Source of the DNA: Terrimicrobiaceae bacterium
Lineage (GTDB): Bacteria > Verrucomicrobiota > Verrucomicrobiia > Chthoniobacterales > Terrimicrobiaceae
Reading direction: 5' to 3'
Length of the DNA stretch: 31,908 bases
Assembly: GCA_049429585.1 (NCBI GenBank)
Contig: JBMTBF010000001.1
Span: 1-31,908, forward strand
Under the pieces are notes generated by a model. That model was given only the letters and a program-made list of their open reading frames with translations, ran no database searches and was not told where the DNA came from. The translations under genes were made by a program, and so were the position numbers. Positions 1 to 6,456 of the stretch are shown here, piece by piece (position 1 is the stretch's first letter; the number at the start of each line of letters is the position of its first letter).

Positions 1-188
1 ACCACCTCGATGTCATCGCCGAAGCCGACCACATCCTCGACATCGGCCCCGAAGCCGGCTCCCAAGGCGGCAAAGTCGTCGCCACCGGAACCCCGGAAAA
101 AATCGCCCAATCGAAAACCAGCCGCACCGCGCCGTTTTTGAAGGAGCTTTTGACATCCAACCCAATCCGCTCCGCTCTTTCACCGTGA
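1..188 (+). CDS. uvrA: Excinuclease ABC subunit A, C-terminal end (gene starts before the window)
   Basis: Frame from base 3 reads [61 protein letters not shown] (TGA 186-188), matching the UvrA H-loop/D-x-GP-x-x-G-x-x-GG-x-VVA-x-GTPE tail. Not in the ORF track because it is truncated. Confidence 0.9.
   Translation, partial: HLDVIAEADHILDIGPEAGSQGGKVVATGTPEKIAQSKTSRTAPFLKELLTSNPIRSALSP
82..153 (+). repeat. Direct repeat copy 1 (uvrA 3' end, 72 bp)
   Basis: Hand alignment with 1440-1511: 69/72 identical; the first 46 bp (82-127) are perfect; mismatches at 128, 142 and 147. Confidence 0.95.
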
Positions 189-204
189 TAAATTCAAATA
201 ATCT

Positions 205-219
205 CCTTATATTATAAGG
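205..219. repeat. Perfect AT-rich palindrome CCTTATA-T-TATAAGG between convergent stop codons
   Basis: 7-bp arms with a 1-nt spacer read directly; function unknown. Confidence 0.6.
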
Positions 220-1053
220 TTACGCCAAGGCAGCGCGCAGGTAATCAGACATCAAACGCGCACTCATCAGCTCGAAGCCACGGCGAGAAATGCATTCGCG
301 ATGCTCGTGATTTTCAAGCAGCTCGCAAGCATTGCTTTCCAATTCCCCATATTCTGCAAACGCAACGCCTCCGGCAAGCGACGCATATTCCTGAGGATCG
401 GAGCCAGTCTCCGAAAGAACGACACATCGATTTGCAAGTAGGTAGGATATACGAACGATTTCAAGAACCTTCGACTCGTAAAAGTGAACATTCAGCAAGA
501 GCTTGGATCGACCAATTAAGGAATCGCGCTCTTTACCATAGACTCCAAAAACGGCGACCACATGAAGCCCAGCAGCTCGCAAGCGATGGATAATCAACTG
601 GCGTCGGGGATTCATCGAACCAACAAACAAGACGTCTATGTCGCGTTGGTCCGCGAATCCGATGCGGGTTAGTTCCTTAACATATCCTATCGGGACGACA
701 CGTTCCACCTTCACGCCAAGCGCACCAAGAGCAACAGCATTTGTTTTGCTGTAGTCCCAAACTCGGTATTTGCGAAGCAATGTAACGAGTTCCTGACGAA
801 ACCACGCCGAACCCGGGTCAACCTGTTCTAGGTTGTAAAGAATTGCATCTGATTCAAGAGGCAACGGATAAGCAGGCAGAAGATTTGACCCTAAAACAAT
901 GTGTTGCCTCCCAGGCAATCGACCCTCCGTAGTTAGAACTGAGTCGTAGCCCAGCGACAACAATCCATAGTGTATGGATTCGGCCACCTCATGAAAGGCA
1001 GCGGAGTGTATGTAACCTGGTGGCGAGACAACAGTGACAGCAAACTTTCTCAT
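220..1053 (-). CDS. Glycosyltransferase-like protein (GT-B fold, Glyco_trans_1_2/CgeB-like C-terminal half)
   Basis: 277-aa ORF with DIDVLFVGSMNPRR, FGVYGKERDSLIGRSKLLLNVHFYESKVLEIVRISYLLAN and VLSE motifs typical of GT-B nucleotide-sugar-binding domains; lower GC than core genes. Confidence 0.65.
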   Translation of the reverse strand: MRKFAVTVVSPPGYIHSAAFHEVAESIHYGLLSLGYDSVLTTEGRLPGRQHIVLGSNLLPAYPLPLESDAILYNLEQVDPGSAWFRQELVTLLRKYRVWDYSKTNAVALGALGVKVERVVPIGYVKELTRIGFADQRDIDVLFVGSMNPRRQLIIHRLRAAGLHVVAVFGVYGKERDSLIGRSKLLLNVHFYESKVLEIVRISYLLANRCVVLSETGSDPQEYASLAGGVAFAEYGELESNACELLENHEHRECISRRGFELMSARLMSDYLRAALA

Positions 1054-1159
1054 CGGTTAATTTAAGAATCATTTCCAAAGCTCAATTCGAATACATTAAT
1101 TTTTGGGTGTATAAAGTTTCTTCTGTAATTGGGCTCTTCACGATTCCGGCGCCGACGGA

Positions 1160-1439
1160 GTAGATGCCGAACTCCAATCCAGGTGCGATCGCCCTCTGGG
1201 AAGCTGTTCCTACATGATCTTGGACGCCAGATACAAAAAAAGTCCGACTGGGCGGCCAACTCCAGGACTGCGCCGTCCTCATCGCCTTCGGGACGCCTCC
1301 GACGGAAAGCACTCCTTTCTGGGTGTCAGCGTCGCCCTCAACGAGGACGAGGTTCACTGGTGCACTTTCCAGCACTCACTTCAATCCCGAGGGCTTCACG
1401 GCCTCTCCTTCATCGTCAGCGATGCCCATGCAGGCTTCT
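1160..1439 (+). mobile_element. IS256-family transposase internal fragment (pseudogene, two compensating frameshifts)
   Basis: Reads DAELQSRCDRPLGSCSYMILDARY, then KVRLGGQLQDCAVLIAFG in a shifted frame after the A7 run near 1235-1241, then DGKHSFLGVSVALNEDEVHW...LQSRGLHGLSFIVSDAHAG. These are the first two DDE aspartate motifs (LDA and SDA) of IS256; both ends are missing. Confidence 0.85.
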
Positions 1440-1516
1440 CCACCGGAACCCCGGAAAAAATCGCCCAATCGAAAACCAGCCGCACTGCGCCGTTTTTGAG
1501 GGAGATTTTGAAGTAA
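1440..1516 (+). repeat. Direct repeat copy 2 of the uvrA 3' end with its own stop ([24 protein letters not shown])
   Basis: 1440-1511 matches 82-153 at 69/72 and continues to TAA at 1514-1516. Confidence 0.95.
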
Positions 1517-1554
1517 GCTATCGGCCGATGCTAAAATAAAGGCCTCGATTTTCC

Positions 1555-1938
1555 TTACTTTCTGGACGATTTCGCCATGTATTTAACTCCCTCCTTGCCT
1601 TGAAAATGGGAGTCCTGACTCCAAAGAGTCGCGCTGAATTTTTTAGCGATTGTGTAAATCACGGAATCAGCAAATGCCAAGCCCTCCTCCAAGCCGATCG
1701 AGGCTGCTTCCAACGCCAAATCAGCGTCCATATCCACAACCATTCCCTGCTGCATGGCCGCTGCAATGGTCAATGCGTCGTCCTCCCCACGCTCCCTCAG
1801 CACCACTTTAAAAACCTCGTAAATGCAAACCGTGGGAACAATCAACAACTCGGTATCCTCGATGGCTTCCGAGAAAAAATCGGCCGTCAGCTCACCTGCG
1901 AAGTAAGCAAGCCATGCCGAGGAATCCACGAGATTCAT
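1555..1938 (-). CDS. vapC: VapC-family PIN-domain toxin (type II TA)
   Basis: 127 aa with N-terminal VDSSAW, YEV and FADS and terminal SQD acidic PIN residues; 4-bp ATGA overlap with the upstream antitoxin. Confidence 0.9.
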   Translation of the reverse strand: MNLVDSSAWLAYFAGELTADFFSEAIEDTELLIVPTVCIYEVFKVVLRERGEDDALTIAAAMQQGMVVDMDADLALEAASIGLEEGLAFADSVIYTIAKKFSATLWSQDSHFQGKEGVKYMAKSSRK

Positions 1939-2141
1939 ACCCGGTCGCCTTCGCGATCAAACGAGGTGCTGATTCCCTTCAAATACCCGCGCAAGCTGCG
2001 AACATCGCGCATGGGGATGATTTCGATCCGGTTTCGGAATGAAACCATCTTGGCCTTTTCGCCGGAACGAAGCCCCATAGACTCACGAATCTTTTGGGGA
2101 ATAACGACTTGAAACTTCGGAGAAATAGTAACAGTTTCCAT
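1935..2141 (-). CDS. vapB: AbrB/MazE/SpoVT-family antitoxin
   Basis: 68 aa, TISPKFQVVIPQKIRESMGLRSGE swapped-hairpin signature; directly upstream of the PIN toxin. Confidence 0.9.
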   Translation of the reverse strand: METVTISPKFQVVIPQKIRESMGLRSGEKAKMVSFRNRIEIIPMRDVRSLRGYLKGISTSFDREGDRV

Positions 2142-2160
2142 TCGTCATACGATATTACGA
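2142..2160. promoter_or_regulatory. Putative TA autoregulatory operator (imperfect inverted repeat)
   Basis: TCGTCATACGATATTACGA: 7 of 9 positions pair; it abuts the antitoxin start codon, as expected for AbrB-type antitoxin operators. Confidence 0.5.
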
Positions 2161-2173
2161 TCGATCTAAGCGT

Positions 2174-2400
2174 CTATAGACTTTTTTGACAATTTCCGAT
2201 GGCGGCATTGCTTCTTCCGGGGATGCAGCTCAAGTCATGGGCACTTCGTCTCTGGCCGAGGCCTTTGACCTCGATGAAGCCTCGGGGCTCACATTCGTAG
2301 TCGGAGCCAAGCTCGAGCCGGGTAGACTCGGAGATGCGGATGCGACCCGAGAGGCCAGAACTTTCCATGCGGCTGTCGTCGTATCACGAGGAACTTGCAG
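2174..2400 (-). pseudogene. Class III adenylate/guanylate cyclase C-terminal remnant
   Basis: In-frame SRMESSGLSGRIRISESTRLELGSDYECEPRGFIEVKGLG matches the cyclase ASRMES...GRIxISE...E-x-RG-x-IEVKG motif. Upstream, KFL and DT traces lie out of frame and an in-frame TGA precedes SRMES. Confidence 0.7.
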
Positions 2401-2510
2401 GCGGCCAGTCCGCCGGGCCAAGAACATCCTCTCCCGCAAACGCTGCTTCGGAGATATTCATTCAACGGGGATTATCAAAAAAAATCTCAGAAAGGGTCGA
2501 TTGCTAGGGC

Positions 2511-4712
2511 TCACAGGGACACATCGCCGAGGTAATTGCCCAGGCTGAGGGCTCGCGCTTCAGTATTAGCGCGGCCGAGGAGTTGCAGAGTGGAGCGGAT
2601 GCGGGCGGAGATTCCCATCATAGGAATACTGGTCTCGGGGGAGGTTTGCTCGAGGCGGATTTGCTGGCGAAGCCACTCCATCCATTCGTCCCAATCGCGG
2701 AGGGCTTTGTCGAGATCCTCGGTCAGGTCGGCGGGCCGACGGGCAGCGGCGAACGAATCAGAGATTTCCACAAGCCCTCGACGGAAGGCTCCCTTGACCC
2801 GCTCGATCGCTGCGCTGCCTTTTTCCAAGAAACCAGATGGGAGAATCGGGTGGAGCCGTCCGAGACAGAGCGAGAACTCCCAGCACATTTCCTGGATCGT
2901 GAGAATGAACTCTTCCAAGCGGCGAGCCTCGTCGGGCGGGCATGTCGGGCCGCGCATGGCAGCAATGGCGAGGCGGGCCTTTGCGGGAAAGAGGGTCAGC
3001 TCCGTGCGCCGCCAGAGAGGAAGACTCCACATGCCGTCATGGAGGGCCGCCACCATGGCATCGAGGTATTTTTTCACTCCTAGGCGAAGGTTGTTTTGGG
3101 GAAGTGCAGGCCACATGAGGCGTTGGGCGAGGGCGGCGATGATCGGGCCGTTAACCAAGCCGAAAAACATACCGACGATCGCTTCGAACGACACGGGCTT
3201 CTGCGCATTCAGTGACACCACGCAGGCGAGCATCATGAAAGAATAGGTGAGTGGAACGGTGATGCCGCCGGCGCGGTGAAACCAATAACCGAATAAAAAC
3301 GCCCATGCGACCATGACGGTGTTTTGGACGGCGTAAATCGCTAGCAGAGGCGTGGAGGCCAGCATGGCCAGCGAGCCCACCACCATCACAAGGGTGAAAA
3401 AAATCAACTGCCGGAACGCCGGGCGGTCACCCGATTCGTCGGGGCTGATGGCATTCAATGCTGTGAACGAATAAATGCTGAGCATCATCATTCCGCCGCC
3501 GGGAGGATTCAGCCAGTTCTCGATAATCAATCCGGCGACCACTGCAGTGCCCGCGCGGATACCGCGCTGAATCCAAGGCACGGAAGGCCAGGCAGGCGCA
3601 AGGGCGAGGCGCTCTGAGAGCGGGTAGGTTTTTGACAGATCGTTGTTGAGGGCGTCGAATTCCTTGATGAGATCGGAAAGTTCGCGAAGCAGGAGCAGGT
3701 GGGCCGACATCACGCCAGACTCCAAGGGGGCGAGTTTTTGAATCTCCGGATCGACGCGGAACTCCAAAACGAACGCGTCGAGACGGGCCCAGATTTCGGT
3801 GACGCGCGTGTTCCATTCCGCCGGCAGAGGCTTCTCATCCTCCAACGCGAGAAATCCCTCCCGAAGAAGTTGTCCGAGTTCCTCGACATTGCTTTCGAGC
3901 CGCCTGCGGATTTGCTCTGGAACGGGTTCGTGGCGGGCGAAAGATCGGACGAGAGCTGCTGCCTTGGAAATAAGTTCCACCTTTTGCGCATGGCGGCCGA
4001 TATTTTGCCGGAAGGCTTTGCTTTCCATGGCACCGAAACGCAGGAGCACTCGCATCTGCGTGGATTTGGCGGGAAAGTCCCGCAAGGTTGCGACCAAGCC
4101 GGTTTTTTCCTCTGAGAAATGCCGGATACCAAGCGTCACCGCCTCGGCGAGTTCGGCCAGCGCACTGCGGATCAGGCCGGCGAATCCATCATTCGCAAAG
4201 CGCGGGAAGATGAGCACCTGCACAACCATGCTCACCACCACCCCGAGTCCAACCTCCTCCACCCGGAGCACTGCGTAGCGTGAGGCGGTCGAGGGGTCGT
4301 TCAAGCTGTTCGAGGCCACGACTACATAAGTCATACCGACGAGGAAAAAGGCATACGGCGCGCGGGATTGACCGAACATCGCGACGGAAAACGACACCAC
4401 CACGAATGTGAGCGGAAGGTAGAGTAAGGGTGCCTGCTGAAGCGAGGAGGTCGCGAGGTAGCCAAGGGCACCGCCGACAATCGTTCCGATCAAGCGCAGG
4501 GCGGCTTTTTCCTGGACTGCACCGACGAAGCGCGCCATCGAGAGCATCAGAACGGTGAAGACAGCCCAACCCGGATACTCAAGCCGCAGGACCAGCGCAA
4601 AAAATAGCGCAACAACGACCGACACCGCCATCTGAATGCCCTGAGACACACCATCGCGGTCCACGGCATCCAGCAGGCGGGCCAATCCAAATCGCCGCAA
4701 GGTCGCTTCCAC
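2511..4712 (-). CDS. FUSC/AaeB-family inner-membrane efflux protein
   Basis: 733 aa, two hydrophobic repeat blocks each followed by soluble helical regions; WAVFTV...KAALRLIGTIVGGALG and RVEEVGLG motifs of FUSC proteins; GTG start. Confidence 0.85.
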   Translation of the reverse strand: MEATLRRFGLARLLDAVDRDGVSQGIQMAVSVVVALFFALVLRLEYPGWAVFTVLMLSMARFVGAVQEKAALRLIGTIVGGALGYLATSSLQQAPLLYLPLTFVVVSFSVAMFGQSRAPYAFFLVGMTYVVVASNSLNDPSTASRYAVLRVEEVGLGVVVSMVVQVLIFPRFANDGFAGLIRSALAELAEAVTLGIRHFSEEKTGLVATLRDFPAKSTQMRVLLRFGAMESKAFRQNIGRHAQKVELISKAAALVRSFARHEPVPEQIRRRLESNVEELGQLLREGFLALEDEKPLPAEWNTRVTEIWARLDAFVLEFRVDPEIQKLAPLESGVMSAHLLLLRELSDLIKEFDALNNDLSKTYPLSERLALAPAWPSVPWIQRGIRAGTAVVAGLIIENWLNPPGGGMMMLSIYSFTALNAISPDESGDRPAFRQLIFFTLVMVVGSLAMLASTPLLAIYAVQNTVMVAWAFLFGYWFHRAGGITVPLTYSFMMLACVVSLNAQKPVSFEAIVGMFFGLVNGPIIAALAQRLMWPALPQNNLRLGVKKYLDAMVAALHDGMWSLPLWRRTELTLFPAKARLAIAAMRGPTCPPDEARRLEEFILTIQEMCWEFSLCLGRLHPILPSGFLEKGSAAIERVKGAFRRGLVEISDSFAAARRPADLTEDLDKALRDWDEWMEWLRQQIRLEQTSPETSIPMMGISARIRSTLQLLGRANTEARALSLGNYLGDVSL

Positions 4713-4776
4713 GCCGGAAGGCTAGAGGCGGCTCGGGCTTGCGTCTACGGCAAAGGCATGAAAGAAAATCCAAATC

Positions 4777-4992
4777 GTGCCTGTCATTTTGCAAAACGCT
4801 GAGATTGCCCTAGGTGAATTCCTCCTTCCGTGGGGAATGGTTGTCAGCGCCCTCGGATTCCTTGCCGCATGGCTGGTGACTGCGGTGCTTGAGCATTTCG
4901 GACTCACTCGGTTTTTCTGGAACCTCCCGCTGTTTTTCGTCGCGCTCTCCGTCTTTTTCGGCTCGGTGCTCGGCCTGATCCTCGCCCCATGA
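4777..4992 (+). CDS. DUF1656/AaeX-like small membrane protein
   Basis: 71 aa hydrophobic, EIALGEFLLP...FFWNLPLFFVAL pattern; ATGA overlap with the following HlyD gene, as in aaeX-aaeA. Confidence 0.8.
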   Translation: MPVILQNAEIALGEFLLPWGMVVSALGFLAAWLVTAVLEHFGLTRFFWNLPLFFVALSVFFGSVLGLILAP

Positions 4993-5849
4993 AACCAGCT
5001 GGAACAGCCTATGTCCTCACGGGAGTGGTCATACTCCTCGCGGCGGTGGCCGCTTTGGGAATGTATCAACGCTACACCACAAAACCCTGGACGCGTGACG
5101 GCCAGGTGCGCGCCAACATTGTGGGCATCGCGAGCCGCGTGGAGGGACCGATCATCCAGATTCCGATCCGCGACAACCAGCAGGTGAAAAAAGGCGACCT
5201 GCTTTTCGAGGTCGATCCCTCGACCTTTCAGGCGACCGTCGATCAATGCACGGCGAAGCTCCAACAATCACAAGCTGCAGAGATCCAGGCCCAGCAAGAA
5301 CTCCAGCGCCAGACGATGCTCTACCAAACGAAAGTCAACGACCTTCGCGATCTGCAAAATGCCCAGGACTCCCTCGCCTCCGCCACGGCCGATGTTGCCG
5401 CTGCCGCCGCCGCACTCGAATACGCGAAGCTCAATCTCAGCTACACGAAAATCTTCGCTCCCGTGGACGGCTATCTCACGAACATGAATACCTCCCCCGG
5501 CACCTATGTTTACGCCGGCCAGCAACTCCTCGCGCTCGTAGATTCCTCCTCTTTTTGGATCGCCGCGTATTTCAAGGAAACCCAGCTCCAGCATGTGAAA
5601 GAGGGGGGCAAAACCAAACTCACCTTCATTGGCCGAGAGGACCAGCCTTTCGAGGGCGTCATTGAAAGCGTGGCGTGGGGGATTTTCGATCCAAATGGCT
5701 CCACCGTTCAGCTCCTGCCACAGGTCGGCCAGACGGTTGACTGGGTGCGCCTGCCGAATCGTTTCCCCGTGCGCATTCGCGTGACCGGCCAGTCGCCGAT
5801 TCCGCTGCGCATCGGACAGACCGTTTCGATCGCAACGATCGACAAGTGA
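4989..5849 (+). CDS. HlyD-family periplasmic adaptor, AaeA-like
   Basis: N-terminal anchor, PWTRDGQVRA, lipoyl-like VEGPI...VKKGDLLFEVDP, coiled-coil, IFAPVDG and DWVRLPNRFPVRI. Confidence 0.9.
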   Translation: MKPAGTAYVLTGVVILLAAVAALGMYQRYTTKPWTRDGQVRANIVGIASRVEGPIIQIPIRDNQQVKKGDLLFEVDPSTFQATVDQCTAKLQQSQAAEIQAQQELQRQTMLYQTKVNDLRDLQNAQDSLASATADVAAAAAALEYAKLNLSYTKIFAPVDGYLTNMNTSPGTYVYAGQQLLALVDSSSFWIAAYFKETQLQHVKEGGKTKLTFIGREDQPFEGVIESVAWGIFDPNGSTVQLLPQVGQTVDWVRLPNRFPVRIRVTGQSPIPLRIGQTVSIATIDK

Positions 5850-5855
5850 TTTTCC

Positions 5856-6359
5856 ATGCCCACACCGACCCTTCCCATCGAGCCAGTGATTCAGGATACG
5901 GAGGTGATTGCCTCGACAATTTCGCCGGTGCTTTTTGGCGGGCTTGTGATGATTGTGATTCTTGCAAACCACGCTTTTTTCTCGGAGTTCGTGCAATGGG
6001 TTCATCTGCGTTTCACGATGCCGATTCACGATAAGAAAGGTCTTTGGATGGCGCGTCCCTTTCTCTACCTGACAACGGTTTTGATTCTCACCTCGCATTT
6101 GGTGGATATTGTCATTTGGTCCTACGCGCTGGTCTGGAGCGGGCTTGTGAAAGACATATCGCAAGCCTTATATTTCAGCGGAAACACATACACCACATTG
6201 GGTTACGGCGCGGACATCATGCCGCCTTCCTGGAATGCCATTACCGCCGTGATCGCACTCTCGGGGATGTTTTGCATCGCTTGGACGACCTCCTTGCTCA
6301 TGAACATCATCAGCGCTTTTCACCCGCACAGGCTTACGACCCGCAAAACCAACCCCTAG
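5856..6359 (+). CDS. Minimal potassium-channel-family pore protein (Ion_trans_2-like)
   Basis: 167 aa, several TM segments, pore helix ALYFSGNTY and filter TTLGYG followed by an inner helix. Confidence 0.8.
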   Translation: MPTPTLPIEPVIQDTEVIASTISPVLFGGLVMIVILANHAFFSEFVQWVHLRFTMPIHDKKGLWMARPFLYLTTVLILTSHLVDIVIWSYALVWSGLVKDISQALYFSGNTYTTLGYGADIMPPSWNAITAVIALSGMFCIAWTTSLLMNIISAFHPHRLTTRKTNP

Positions 6360-6456
6360 CAGAATCCACCCCCCGATTCGCAAAGCAGGACGGGCTAAAC
6401 AAGATATTGCAAGGCGGGGAGATTTGATTCAAATTCCACCTTCCACAAATTCCGGC

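Noticed and set aside
1131-1147. GGCTCTTCACG resembling an ISL3-type terminal repeat
   Set aside because: No partner inverted repeat or ISL3 transposase was found, the adjacent remnant is IS256-type, and the match is too short.
1129-1539. 136-aa plus-strand ORF and other short ORFs over 1062-1539
   Set aside because: They are alternative frames across the IS256 remnant and the repeat, with no independent coding signal.
1517-1554. 10-bp palindrome ATCGGCCGAT after the orphan uvrA tail as a terminator
   Set aside because: It has no loop and no adjacent U-tract on either strand.
2186-2548. 120-aa plus-strand ORF
   Set aside because: It is antisense to the cyclase remnant and the FUSC 3' end and has no motifs.
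4758-4802. 14-codon ORF overlapping the aaeX-like start as a leader peptide
   Set aside because: No attenuator structure or informative codon run; likely chance.
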